Under the pieces are notes generated by a model, which made no database searches, had not been told where the DNA came from, and saw only the letters and a program-made list of their open reading frames with translations. Below are positions 30,491-40,821 of a stretch of DNA of 64,000 nt, in pieces; positions within the stretch are counted from its first letter, which is position 1, and every line of letters starts with the position of its first letter. Position numbers and translations under genes: made by a program. The stretch comes from an uncultured Planctomycetota bacterium (lineage in GTDB: Bacteria > Planctomycetota > Phycisphaerae > UBA1845 > JANYLN01): the NCBI GenBank assembly GCA_963787325.1, contig CAWBCK010000002.1, positions 108,647 through 172,646 on the forward strand. Reading direction: 5' to 3'.

Positions 30491-31414
30491 TCATTCCGTG
30501 CTCGCGGCACCAGCCATGGCGACGATGATAATACCATACTGCCCGGCCAGACGCAGCGTCGTGTCACGATCGAGAAAGAGCGTCTTGCCCGCTTCCACAG
30601 CCAGAACTCTGCCACCGTTGGCATGCATGTTGTCCATCGTGGCGGGACCGATCGACGGCACGTCAAATCGCATGTCCTGGTTCGGCTTGGCGACCTTGAC
30701 CAATGTCCAGCCGCCTTGCTTGCAGAGGTGCCCCGCCCGGCGGATCATCTCGTCCGTGCCTTCGACGGCCTCGACCGCGATGACCTCCTTCTCCTTGACG
30801 GCGATGGACTGGCCGATGTCCAGCCGACCCATCTCCTTGGCGATCCGCCAGCCGAAATGGATGTCCTGCCACTGATGGTCCGACGGTGCGGCATCGGTCA
30901 GAACCCCGGCTTCGATGAGGATGCGCGGGCAGTAGCGGGTCGAGTCGATCAGCGTGACGCCGCCGGCGGCCAGTTCATCAGCCGCTGCCTGCAGGACGGT
31001 GTCGTTCCGCTTATCCTTGGCCTTGCGATACCAGACCTTCAGACTGGTCAGGTCGGGCAGGAAGCGAAGATGGCGGAATCGGCCGTACATATCGGACTTT
31101 CGCACCCGGCCGGCCATAACCGCCTCGCGGACCCCCTCCTTCGCGAAAATGCGTTTCCAACTCCCCAGACGCACGACGCCGGACCAGTAGAAGGCATCAG
31201 CCAGATCGCGCAGACCAGGGTCCGCAAAGCCGCGCAGGCCAATGATAACCACGCGCCGGCCCTCGCGACGCGCCCCTTGAGCGACTTCGAAAGGAAAAGA
31301 ACCGGCCCCCGCGATGACGCCCAGCGGGTCGTTCTTATCACAGAGACATGCAGACACAGAGGTCGTATCACCGATTTGAGTCGTTCTCCGTGTCTCCGTG
31401 TCTCCGTGGTTCAT
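30491..31414 (-). CDS. lpxI: UDP-2,3-diacylglucosamine pyrophosphatase LpxI (DUF1009 family); start uncertain
   Basis: PLGVIAGAGSFPFEVAQGAR, DIGQSIAVKEKEVIAVEAVEGTDEMIRRAG, RFDVPSIGPATMDNM...VLAVEAGKTLFLDRD. ATG at 31414 or the in-frame GTG a few codons downstream. Confidence 0.7.
   Translation of the reverse strand: MNHGDTETRRTTQIGDTTSVSACLCDKNDPLGVIAGAGSFPFEVAQGARREGRRVVIIGLRGFADPGLRDLADAFYWSGVVRLGSWKRIFAKEGVREAVMAGRVRKSDMYGRFRHLRFLPDLTSLKVWYRKAKDKRNDTVLQAAADELAAGGVTLIDSTRYCPRILIEAGVLTDAAPSDHQWQDIHFGWRIAKEMGRLDIGQSIAVKEKEVIAVEAVEGTDEMIRRAGHLCKQGGWTLVKVAKPNQDMRFDVPSIGPATMDNMHANGGRVLAVEAGKTLFLDRDTTLRLAGQYGIIIVAMAGAASTE
31383..31409. repeat. short tandem oligo-repeat gttctccgtgtctccgtgtctccgtgg (GGAGACAC on the minus strand)
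   Basis: It lies at the lpxD/lpxI junction and resembles 46862-46891. On the reverse strand it shares the GGAGACA core with 9217-9295 and 33566-33624. Confidence 0.45.
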
Positions 31415-31421
31415 GGAGGTT

Positions 31422-32524
31422 TCACGCTTCCGGAGTTCGCCCGGCCTTGAGCTCGTTGATTTCCTGTTGCAGCGCTGCTCGACCAGGGTTTCCAACTTTC
31501 TGAGTTTCTGACGCATGTCGGGCAGCTTGGTCAGCGAAGCCCACTCGCGTTTCTTCTTTTCGATCGAAGTGGCGGGGGCGCCCAGGTAAACGGCCCCCGG
31601 CGGTACGTCATGGGTAACGCCGGCCTTGGCCGCCAGTGTCGCGTTGTCGCCCACGTTGATGTGCCCGACCACGCCCACCTGGCCCGCCATGGTCACGTGA
31701 TTGCCGACCGTGACCGAACCGGCCACGCCGACCTGCGCGACGAAGAGACAGTTTTCGCCGATGCGGCAGCCGTGGCCGATGGCGATCAGATTGCTGAATT
31801 TCGTGCCGTTGGCGATGATCGTCCGGCCGAGGGTGGCGCGGTCGATGCTGCAATTGGCGCCGATCTCGACGTCATCGCCGATCTCGACGGTACCCACCTG
31901 CGGGATCTTCGCCCAGTTCTGGCCGACGGGAGCATAGCCAAGGCCGTCTTCGCCGACGACCGTGCCGGCATGGACGGTCACGCGATTGCCGAGCGTGACG
32001 CCCTCATACAGCACGACGTTGGGCATGAGCACGACGTCGTCACCGAGTTTGCAGCCTTCGGCGATGAAGCACCCGGGGTAGATGATCGCGTTGTCGCCGA
32101 TCTGGACGTTGTCGGCGATCGAGACAAACGGCCAGACGTTCGGGTTCTTGCCCAGTCTTGCCGAGGACGCGATGTGGGCCTGATCGCTGATGCCGACGTG
32201 CCGGTGCCGGCGGAAGCCGTGGATCTTGATGATCAACAGGGTGATGGCCGCGTAAGCGTCGGCGACCACCAGGAGGTTGACGTTGTCAGGCGCGTCCTGG
32301 CCCTTGCGAATGACGACGGCGCCGGCCTGCGTGGTGCCGAGCATCTTCTCATACTTGGGATTGGCCAGGAACGAGATCTGCGAGGGCGTGGCTTCCTCGA
32401 GGGTGGCGACGGCTGCGATGCAGCGGTTTTCGTCGCCGCGGATCTCGCAGGGCATGCCTTGCTCTTTCAGATAGGCGGCTAACTGGGCGAGTGTGAAGTT
32501 CATTTCTTCAGCGTTAACGGTCAA
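31422..32524 (-). CDS. lpxD: UDP-3-O-acylglucosamine N-acyltransferase; frameshift near 31470 restores a native stop at 31422-31424
   Basis: N-terminal FTLAQLAAYL...ISFLANPKY plus a long left-handed beta-helix of hexapeptide repeats. Shifting frame after ...LETLVEQ gives LQQEINELKAGRTPEA* (my translation). The likely start is ATG 32503 (the ORF track uses TTG 32524). Confidence 0.85.
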
Positions 32525-32525
32525 A

Positions 32526-32546
32526 GTTAATGGTTAATCGTTAATA
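32526..32546. promoter_or_regulatory. three tandem heptads (GTTAATG GTTAATC GTTAATA) immediately upstream of lpxD, plus GTTAAC at 32513
   Basis: Read directly. This is an AT-rich patch in a GC-rich genome. Its function is unknown. Confidence 0.3.
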
Positions 32547-32731
32547 GTCAGTGACAACGGCCACAACCACTGCAGCACCTGCTGCTGCAACGATGGTGAG
32601 GACTGCACCAGCTGCATACCCTTCACGGGTGACACTGCAGCAATTGCGACAACGCCAACTTGATATACGAACATCTACTTTAGCCGAACTTCGATCCAAA
32701 GGCACGCCCGACGCCGAAGGATTGGCGTGGT

Positions 32732-33553
32732 TTATGGGACGGCGGGCAGGGCCAGGAAACGACCAAGCCTGCGGCGGTATTCGTCCGGGTGCTTGCAGAC
32801 GATGTCCAGGTGATCGCAATCCTCCAGGGCCCAAAGGGTTGCGTGCTTCGTGCGGCTGATGAGGTGGCGGGCTTCGTCGAGGGTGCCGATGGTGTCATTC
32901 TCGCCGTGAACGAACAGGACGGGGCAGGTTACCGACTGAATCTGAAGGCTGGTGTCCAGCTCGGCGGGGATCTGCGAGCAGGCGACCTCGGCGGTGGCAG
33001 CGCCAAGCGGGCCGAAGCTGCGGCGCAGCGCCAGAAACGGTTCGATCGCGCCGTCCAGGACGAGGGCGCGGACGGCATGTTCGTACAGAACCGCCAGTCG
33101 CGTGGCGACCAGCGTACCGAGCGAAAGGCCCATCACGATGAGCGGTTCATCGTCGGACCAGATGGTCCGATCACCGGCCCAGGCCAACGCCGCTTGGGCG
33201 TCCGTCACGAGCGTGCGGACGTCGGCAGCGCCGGCGCTGTCGCCGAACCCCTCGTAGTCGTACAACAGAACCCGGCAGCCGGCATCCAGCAGTGCCGCGG
33301 CATGATCGAGGGCGTCGGCCTTGGTGCCCCGGTTCGAGGGGTTCAGCAGGGCGAGAGGCCGCAGCGCCGCGCCGGTTGCCGCCTGGGGCTCGAAGTACCA
33401 GCCGCCAATGGTCCGGCCGTTGGCGGGATTGGGCGTCAGGAAGGACTCGAATGGCTGGCCGAGCATCTCCGGAAACCGGGCGTGCTCGCGCTCCGGACGA
33501 AGCACGACCTTGTTGAGCAGCAGGTCGTCGGCGATGTTGGGTTTGCGTGGCAT
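32732..33553 (-). CDS. alpha/beta-fold hydrolase
   Basis: Nucleophile elbow GLSLGT, then HGENDT and CDH near the C-terminus. Internal ATG at 33553 (MPRKPNIADD). The upstream 87 nt of ORF 32732-33640 translate the GA-rich repeat. Confidence 0.75.
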   Translation of the reverse strand: MPRKPNIADDLLLNKVVLRPEREHARFPEMLGQPFESFLTPNPANGRTIGGWYFEPQAATGAALRPLALLNPSNRGTKADALDHAAALLDAGCRVLLYDYEGFGDSAGAADVRTLVTDAQAALAWAGDRTIWSDDEPLIVMGLSLGTLVATRLAVLYEHAVRALVLDGAIEPFLALRRSFGPLGAATAEVACSQIPAELDTSLQIQSVTCPVLFVHGENDTIGTLDEARHLISRTKHATLWALEDCDHLDIVCKHPDEYRRRLGRFLALPAVP

Positions 33554-33565
33554 GGCGAACAGCAT

Positions 33566-33624
33566 ACAGAAATCAGAAGGCAGAAGACAGAAGGCAGGAG
33601 ACAGGAGACAGAAGACAGGGGGGG
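33566..33624 (+). repeat. purine-rich GGAGACA/GAAGACA oligo-repeat element (copy 2), ending in a G7 run
   Basis: Shares 18-nt and 11-nt identical blocks with 9217-9295. Confidence 0.6.
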
Positions 33625-33673
33625 CCGGGCGGTTGTCCACTTCTGGTGGGTGGCGGGCTCGACGTTGCTTTGG

Positions 33674-34987
33674 CTAATCCGTGCGAAGCTGCGTCAACAT
33701 GGTATAGGGACCGTCGGGAATAATGGCTACACGGGCATCCGGGTTGCTTGCCAGGAAGCCGTCGATGGCTCGTTGCATCCGCTGCTGGGCTGGGCCGGTG
33801 CCGACAACCCGTGTCACACCGAGACTGCACTGCACGGCTGGGTCGATGCCTTCACAGACTAGTTGCAGACGGTCGACGCCGATGTGTGATAGGACCCTGG
33901 CCTGCATCTGGAATTGCCATTGGTCCAGACGCGTCTGGTCGCAGGCGGCTATGTCCCTGAGAAACCGCTGCCAGTCCCCACGGTAGGCGAGCATCAGGTC
34001 GCTATAGGCCTTTGAGCCGACCTGTTCGCTGCACTGCGAGGCGATCAACAGCGTCGAGTGCGGCCCCAGGGCCGGCAGGGCGGCGCACATGCCTTTGACC
34101 GTTTGATAGAAGGTTGCATCGAGCGGATAGCCGCCGCCGCTTGTTACGACGAGGTCGTACGGCGAGCCGACCTGGGCGGCGGTCCATCGCGCTACATCCT
34201 GGCAGCCTGCCAGGTGTGCACCTTCCAGATCACCGCAGTAGATCCCCGCGATCCGGCGATCCCGCGTGATCGCCACGTTGAACAGAAGATCCACGCCGAC
34301 CTTTCGCGCTACGGTCAGGGCGATCTGGTGACAGGGATTGCCGTCCAGTAGGCCGGTTTCGGCCTTGGGGTGGGCCAGGACCTCGTAGCCGTGAAACCGC
34401 TGGACCGTCGCCAAATCGACCAGCGCCGGGCAAACACCTTTGCGCCCGCCGGAGAAGCCCGCCATGAAGTGTGCCTCGATGTATCCGGTCACGATGCGAA
34501 AGTCGGCCTCCGCGAACCGGCGGTTGACCGACACGGGGGGATCGTCACTGATCCGCACGAGCGTCTCCGGCCGGTCTGCCGTGTGGTCGATTACCTCCAC
34601 CCGCTCAAGAACAGCCGCACCGACGATCGTCTCGCGTTCAGCCGGCGTGCTCGGTCTGTGCATGCCGGTACCGATGATGATGACGATTTGCGCGTCACTG
34701 ACGCCAGCCGCATTCAGGCAGTCCAGCAGCGGCGGCAGGAACACCGGATCGGGTACAGGCCGGGTGATGTCCGACACGGTGATAGCGACCGTTCGTGGTC
34801 GGCTGAGACGCACAAGCTCCGCCAGAGGCTTCGAACCGATCGGCGAGGCGAGGGCCTTGCGTACAGCTTCCCGCGGCTGGTGCAGAGCGGGTATATGCCC
34901 GCCTGCCAGAACATCCGTGGAGGCCGGTACGGTCACAGCCATGCCGGTCTTGCCGTAGAGCAGGGAGACAGTCTTCATGACGGGCAT
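33674..34987 (-). CDS. larA: LarA-family nickel-pincer-dependent racemase/epimerase (DUF2088)
   Basis: VIIIGTGMHRP, IEAHFMAGFSGGRKGV, NPCH, about 435 aa. This is the family signature of lactate racemase homologues. Confidence 0.8.
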   Translation of the reverse strand: MPVMKTVSLLYGKTGMAVTVPASTDVLAGGHIPALHQPREAVRKALASPIGSKPLAELVRLSRPRTVAITVSDITRPVPDPVFLPPLLDCLNAAGVSDAQIVIIIGTGMHRPSTPAERETIVGAAVLERVEVIDHTADRPETLVRISDDPPVSVNRRFAEADFRIVTGYIEAHFMAGFSGGRKGVCPALVDLATVQRFHGYEVLAHPKAETGLLDGNPCHQIALTVARKVGVDLLFNVAITRDRRIAGIYCGDLEGAHLAGCQDVARWTAAQVGSPYDLVVTSGGGYPLDATFYQTVKGMCAALPALGPHSTLLIASQCSEQVGSKAYSDLMLAYRGDWQRFLRDIAACDQTRLDQWQFQMQARVLSHIGVDRLQLVCEGIDPAVQCSLGVTRVVGTGPAQQRMQRAIDGFLASNPDARVAIIPDGPYTMLTQLRTD

Positions 34988-35168
34988 TGTATGGCAACTG
35001 CGGTCGGAAGTGCCAGAGGATGAGGGTTTACATCTGGTGCGAATCAGCGAGGGAATCTGAAGAAACCCTGGCAGTCAAAAAGCGAAGGCGAGAACGACCT
35101 TTCGTCGCCCTCGCCTTGCGATTCGCATCCGGACCAGTGGGAGATCAGCCACGTGGCTCTCTGGAAGA

Positions 35169-36212
35169 CTACCGACGGCGTCGCAGGACGGCCACGCCGC
35201 CGAGCATCAGCAACGCCAGCGTCGCCGGTTCCGGCGTATAGGTCACGTCGAGAACCAGTTCCGGCCGGAGGGTCGGGTCGTCCACGTAGTCGCTCGAAAC
35301 GAGGAAGTTGTCGCCGTTGCCAGTCATACTGATGCGGAACCCGTAGTTGTCCTGTCCGCCAACCAGCCAGTTGTTCACGACGTTCGTTGCATCAAGACTC
35401 ATCCAGCCGGGGGCCGTCGCCGGGACAGACGTCGTGACAGCGTCGCCCACGGTCGTCCCGCCAGGCGTGGTCCACATATCCGAAGGCGTGTAATACCGGA
35501 TGCTCACGCTGTTCTTATTGACATACAGACGGCCGGCGGCCTCATCCCAGTAGTAAGCAGGGGTGGTAGTGCCGGCGGCTTGCAGGGTTGCAAGGCTGTC
35601 GCAATAGGTGATGTACGTGTTCTTATCATTATTGACGTTGTTGCCGGCCAGGCGAACGAACTGGTTGTTGCTGTTCTTCGGGTCCGCCGCAAGGCCGCTG
35701 ATGCCGTCAACGTAATAGAGGCCGTTGCCATCGGAAACCAGGGCCGAGCCGGCCACCGTATTGCCGCCATTGCGGGCAAACCACTGCGCACCATCGCAGT
35801 TGCCGCCGGCCTGGCCGTTGCCCGTGCCGGCAACCCAGCCCTCTGCGAGCTGCTTGACGGCCCAAGCACTGTCGCCAAATTGGGTCTTGGTTCTGTACAG
35901 TTTCAAGGTGGCCGAGTTTACGCTGGCCACATTGCCGCCACTGAGGATCGGGCTCAGGTCGAACTGGTACAGGGCGACCCGAACCCCCTTGAATACCTCC
36001 AGTGTGGGAGCACCTCCCCAGTTGTAGGCCGCTTCGAAAGTGCTGTTCGTTGAGATCTGCGTATCAGCGACATTGGTGTTCGTCACGCCGCCGGTGTTGT
36101 TCATCTGCAGCGTCACCACCGTCGCATGGGCTTGCACTATTCCCAACCAGCAGACGCATGACGCCAGAACCAGTCCGAATGCTGTTCGTTTCATCATCCC
36201 GTTCCTCCACAA
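35169..36212 (-). CDS. secreted PEP-CTERM-anchored protein with a DNRLRE-like domain
   Basis: Signal peptide MKRTAFGLVLASCVCWLGIVQAHA. C-terminal PEPATLALLMLGGVAVLRRRR (PEP motif + TM + Arg cluster). ALYQFDLSPI...VNSATLKLY resembles DNRLRE domains. Confidence 0.8.
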   Translation of the reverse strand: MWRNGMMKRTAFGLVLASCVCWLGIVQAHATVVTLQMNNTGGVTNTNVADTQISTNSTFEAAYNWGGAPTLEVFKGVRVALYQFDLSPILSGGNVASVNSATLKLYRTKTQFGDSAWAVKQLAEGWVAGTGNGQAGGNCDGAQWFARNGGNTVAGSALVSDGNGLYYVDGISGLAADPKNSNNQFVRLAGNNVNNDKNTYITYCDSLATLQAAGTTTPAYYWDEAAGRLYVNKNSVSIRYYTPSDMWTTPGGTTVGDAVTTSVPATAPGWMSLDATNVVNNWLVGGQDNYGFRISMTGNGDNFLVSSDYVDDPTLRPELVLDVTYTPEPATLALLMLGGVAVLRRRR

Positions 36213-36868
36213 GTCTTGCTATCACCGAATCCTCGTTACCCCGCAGTCGCGCGGCGTATCAGTAAAAGGCTCACAGCCTTGCCGATCTGATCTGGCAAGA
36301 GCCGTGCCAGAGATCGCCAGATCGATGATCTGTGGGTCTTTGAACGTGTTAAGTCATGCCAGTTCAAGGACTAAGGTTATTTTGGAAAAAGGAGGAGCAC
36401 TCCGGATGGCCTCTCGCTGGCACCCGTTTGCACCAGCACCTGGGGTGTCCTCGCTCCTCATTTGGTTATAACAAAGTTTCCCGGGCCGGCTCCGGCAGAT
36501 GATGGGGCGGCGCTGGCATGGCTGTTGTAAGTCATTCGAAAGTAAGTAGTTGTGATATAGAAGGGCCGGGCACCTCGCCGGAAGAACGCTGGCGGGCACG
36601 ACCCGCATTCAGAATGCGATGAAAGCCCCGGCGGAAACATTAGGACATAACCAAATGTCGATTTCGAGGCCTTGTGTCCCGCAACTGCCGGGCGCAGTCG
36701 CCGTAACCCTCGCATGTACAGGGAATTGCGAGTTCGGCGGCGGAGTTCCTGGGGCCTTGCACGCGGGCAATTTTCGTGTTGCGATTGGAGAGCAGACGCC
36801 GAAGAGGTATTGTCGATCCAGAGATCATGCGCCAGTCGGCCACAAATGGTTGCGTGGAGATCACGGTT

Positions 36869-37969
36869 ATGCAGATGACCCATCGGCAGCGGATTCTGAA
36901 TACCCTTGGCGGGGCCGGGCACCGCAACGATCATGCACCCTACTTCCCGGATCTGTCTTACTATTTTGAGGTTCGCCAGCGGCTGGGGACGATGCCGCCA
37001 GCCTACGCCGATTGCCAGACCCTGCTGGACCTCCATCACAAGATGGACGTCGGCCTGCCGGTGCATCTCTACAGCCAGGTGTACGCCATCGCCTATGACG
37101 AGTCCGTGCGGATCGAGACGCACCACGCTCCGGACGGGTATGACAAAATCATCACAACGCCCGTCGGCACGGTGCGCGAGCGCCGGCGGTCGGTGATGGC
37201 TGGCGAGAACCCGACCCGCGTCGAATACCCCGTAAAGACGGTTGACGACCTGAAGGTCTTCGAGTACGTGTTCGCCCATCGTACGCTGATGCCGACGTAT
37301 GAGAAGGTCAAGGCCGTCCTGGACGAGATGGGCGATTTCGGATTCGTCGACCTGGTCCTGCCGCGCTCGCCGATGCCGCACTTGATCATCGACCTGGCCA
37401 ATCTCGAGACGGGGCTGTATTTGATGGCGGACCATCCCGACGAATGCGACCATTTCTTCGAGGTGTGCTCGCAGGCCAACGACGCGGCGTTCGACCTGAT
37501 GGCGGAATGTCCCTACGGCAGCGTGTGCATCTTCGGCGACAATATCGACGAGGTGATGGTCTCGCCCGGCATGTTCCGGCGTTACAGCCTGCCGTATTAC
37601 CAGCGTTGCTGCGATCGGCTGCACAAAGGGGGCAAGCTGGTCTCAGCGCACATGGACGGCAGGCTGCGAGGGCTGCTGCCGATGATGAAGGACACCGGCC
37701 TGGACATCTTCGACGGTGCGACGCCGGCACCGATGAACGACTGGACGCTGGAGGAGATGGCGGCGGCCATGGCGACGGATCAGCGCCTCTGGTGTGGGGT
37801 TCCCGCTACATTGTTCTGTGACGGTACAACGGTCGAGCAGGTCGAGGATTTCGCCAGGCGGATCCTCGACGCCTTTGGACCGAAGGTAGTGCTCAACGTC
37901 GGAGACCAGCTGCCGCCGGATGGCGATCTCGTGCGGGTAGCGGCGATCACCGGCCTGCTGAACAGATGA
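36869..37969 (+). CDS. URO-D-fold-like protein (third paralogue)
   Basis: The ATG at 36869 follows GGAGA. MQMTHRQRILNTLGG N-terminus, DECDHFFEV..., KLVSAHMDG...GLDIFDG, VLNVGDQLPPDGDL C-terminus consistent with the URO-D/MtaA-like layout. Confidence 0.55.
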   Translation: MQMTHRQRILNTLGGAGHRNDHAPYFPDLSYYFEVRQRLGTMPPAYADCQTLLDLHHKMDVGLPVHLYSQVYAIAYDESVRIETHHAPDGYDKIITTPVGTVRERRRSVMAGENPTRVEYPVKTVDDLKVFEYVFAHRTLMPTYEKVKAVLDEMGDFGFVDLVLPRSPMPHLIIDLANLETGLYLMADHPDECDHFFEVCSQANDAAFDLMAECPYGSVCIFGDNIDEVMVSPGMFRRYSLPYYQRCCDRLHKGGKLVSAHMDGRLRGLLPMMKDTGLDIFDGATPAPMNDWTLEEMAAAMATDQRLWCGVPATLFCDGTTVEQVEDFARRILDAFGPKVVLNVGDQLPPDGDLVRVAAITGLLNR

Positions 37970-38004
37970 ACAGGTAACAGGGGCAAGAGACGACGCGAGG
38001 CCTC

Positions 38005-39288
38005 TCAGGCACGTGTTCGATGGGGTGTGGTCGCCAGCAATAACGCCAGGCCGGCTGCGGCGGCGACTACCGACGTGGCCAGAATCGCCAGCTTGGCTTG
38101 GTCCAGTTCCGTCGGATGCTGGGGGAAGGCGAGCATCGCGATAAACAGCGACATCGTAAAGCCGATGCCGCCGAGAATCCCTACGCCGATCATCTGCGAC
38201 CAATGGACCTCGCGCGGCAAGGCAATCATGCGACTCTTGGCGGCCAGCCACGATGCGCCGACGATCCCGATGGGCTTTCCGAACAGCAGGCCGAAGAAGA
38301 CGCCTGCTGTCACGGGAGTGACCGAAACCGCTCCATCCTGCAGACTGATGCCGGCGTTAAACAGGGCAAAGATCGGCATAATCCCGAAGGCCACCCATGG
38401 CGTCAGCATCCGTTCGAGCCGGTGCAGGGGGCTGCGCAGATGGGCCAGCTCCTTGGCTTCCTGCTGCAGGGCCGTTTCCGTTGCTTCATATTGCTGCGGT
38501 CCTTCGGCGGCGCTTTCCCGGGGCGGATGACGCAGGTGCGGCGGGATAGGTATGGTCATCGCCAGCAGCACGCCGGCCACCGTCGGGTGCACGCCCGAAC
38601 GGAACATGAAGTACCACAGCACCAGCCCCAGCAGTACGAAGATCCCCAGGTTCCTGCCGTGCAGCCAGCCGTAGAGCAGACACGCCGCGAAGACCGCTAG
38701 AACAATCGCGAAACTCAGCAGATGAAGCGTCTCCGTGTAGAACAGGGCGATCACCAGCACGGCACCCAGATCGTCGACGATCGCCAGGGCCGTCAGGAAG
38801 ACCTTCAACGAGGTCGGCACGCGCTTGCCCAGCAGGGTAATCACGCCCAGGGCGAACGCGATATCCGTAGCCATGGGAATGCCCCAGCCGCGCAGCGCTG
38901 CGGTATCCCAGTTGATCGACGCGTAAATCGCAGCCGGCACGACCATTCCGCCGAGAGCGGCGACAGCCGGCCAGAGCGCCCGGCGCACGCCCTGCAGCTC
39001 GCCGATAAGGATCTCCCGCTTGATCTCCAGGCCGACCAGCAGGAAGAAGATCGCCATCAGGCCGTCATTGACCCAGAATTCCAGTGGTTTGTCGAGGATG
39101 CGATTGTTCCACTCGAAGCCGATGTGGATTTCCTTCATGTGGAAATAGGCATCGGCAACAGGCAGATTCGCCCAGACGAAGGCAACAACGGCTGCGGCGA
39201 TCAAAACAAGGCCGCTGCTGCTTTCGCCCTGGGCGAAGGACTGAAAAGGGGTCAGGAGGGTTTTCAGTAACCGCCTGCGGGCAGGCAT
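38005..39288 (-). CDS. nhaA: Na+/H+ antiporter NhaA
   Basis: WVNDGLMAIFFLLVGLEIKREI, ALAIVDDLGAV, about 12 TM, 427 aa. Confidence 0.9.
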   Translation of the reverse strand: MPARRRLLKTLLTPFQSFAQGESSSGLVLIAAAVVAFVWANLPVADAYFHMKEIHIGFEWNNRILDKPLEFWVNDGLMAIFFLLVGLEIKREILIGELQGVRRALWPAVAALGGMVVPAAIYASINWDTAALRGWGIPMATDIAFALGVITLLGKRVPTSLKVFLTALAIVDDLGAVLVIALFYTETLHLLSFAIVLAVFAACLLYGWLHGRNLGIFVLLGLVLWYFMFRSGVHPTVAGVLLAMTIPIPPHLRHPPRESAAEGPQQYEATETALQQEAKELAHLRSPLHRLERMLTPWVAFGIMPIFALFNAGISLQDGAVSVTPVTAGVFFGLLFGKPIGIVGASWLAAKSRMIALPREVHWSQMIGVGILGGIGFTMSLFIAMLAFPQHPTELDQAKLAILATSVVAAAAGLALLLATTPHRTRA

Positions 39289-39473
39289 CGGACCTCCGAC
39301 AAGCTGGAAGCTCTAACAACAACTGCGACGGCAATAACGGCAACTGCAAAAGGCACACCAGGCGCGAAAGCTTATAACGACAGCCAACGAGCACAGACCC
39401 GACAGCCCGACACGCCGCTCCCTGGGTAGTCGTCATCGTATATGCCTGAGAGTGTGCATCCGCACACTGCCTG

Positions 39474-40821
39474 TTACCGCCCCCGCTGTTCCATGGGCAC
39501 GTACTGGCGCTCGGTCGGGCCGGTGTACACCTGCCGCGGACGATAGATCCGCCCGTCCGGGTTGTTGCGGACTTCCCGCCAGTTGGCGACCCAGCCGGGA
39601 ATTCGGCCGATGGCGAACATCACGGTGAACATGTTCAGCGGGATGCCGATCGCCCGCAGGATGATACCGCTGTAGAAGTCGACGTTCGGATAGAGCTTGC
39701 GTTCCAGGAAGTACGGATCGCTGACGGCAACATCCTCCATCTTCTTGGCGATGTCCAGCAGCGGGTCATGGATGCCAAGCTTGTTCAATACCTTGTCCGC
39801 AGACTGCCTTGATGATCTTGGCTCGCGGGTCGAAGTTCTTATAGACGCGGTGGCCGAAGCCCATCAGGCGGGTCTTGTTCTTCTTGTCCTTGACCTTGGC
39901 AACGAGGTCCTCGACCTTCTGGCCGGTATCGTGGATTTCCTTGAGCATCTCGACAACCGCCACATTCGCCCCACCGTGCAGCGGACCCCACAGGGCACAA
40001 ACGCCGGCTGCGACGGAGGCGTAGAGGTTGGCCTGGCTGGAGCCGACCATGCGGACCGTAGAGGTCGAGCAATTCTGCTCGTGGTCGGCGTGCAGGATCA
40101 GCAGCAGGTCCAGGGCCTTGACGACCGTCGGATCCGGCTCGTACGGCCGATACGGCTTGGAAAACATCATGTGCAGGAAGTTGGCGACGTACGGCAGATC
40201 GTACCGGGGGTAGATCCACGGCTGCCCGATGGACTTTTTGTAGGAAGCCGCGGCAATGGTGCGTACCTTGCTCATGAGCCGGCCGGCAGAGCCCACCAGG
40301 TGCGCGTCGTCGTCGGGCAGCAACCAGTCGGGACTGAAGCAGCCGATGGCATTGATCATGGCCGACAGGATCGCCATCGGCGGGGAGTTCGGGGGGAAGG
40401 CCTCGAAGTGGTGACGCAGGTCTTCGTGGAGGAACTCATTGTCGGTAAGGACGCGGCGGAAGTCGGCCAGTTGCTGCTGGGTGGGCAGTTCGCCGAAAAT
40501 CAGAAGGAAGGCGGTCTCGATGAAGGTCGATTTTTCCGCAATCTGCTCTATGGGGTAGCCCCTGTAGCGCAGGATGCCCTGCTCGCCATTGATGAAGGTG
40601 ACAGAGCTTTGACACGAGCCGGTATTGCCGTAGCCGTCGTCCAGCGTGATGATGCCGGTCTCGCCCCTGAGTTTGGAGATATTGACGGCCTTTTCGTTTT
40701 CCGTACCGGTAATGATCGGCAATTCGACGGTCTGGTCGTCGACGGCCAAGGTAGCCACCCGGCCGGTATCGTACGGGTCCTTCGCGGCGGTATTGTTGTT
40801 GACGGTCGCTTTCTCACTCAT
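39474..40821 (-). CDS. gltA: citrate synthase (type II); frameshift near 39805 (apparently one extra G)
   Basis: [33 protein letters not shown], then (shifted) [12 protein letters not shown]...[11 protein letters not shown]...GWVANWRE. The pieces are ORFs 39766-40821 and 39474-39788. Confidence 0.9.

Noticed and set aside
30491-32524. A 677-aa ORF that looks like an in-frame LpxD-LpxI fusion protein
   Set aside because: Shifting one frame after ...LETLVEQ gives a natural coiled-coil LpxD C-terminus (LQQEINELKAGRTPEA) that ends at TGA 31422-31424. An ATG at 31414 begins the LpxI part. With about one indel per 2 kb in this contig, a lost stop through an indel is far more likely than a true fusion. 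The linker also translates a simple repeat.
36213-36868. Cobalamin riboswitch upstream of the URO-D/MtaA-like gene
   Set aside because: No B12-box-like GCCACUG core or flanking conserved stems are visible.
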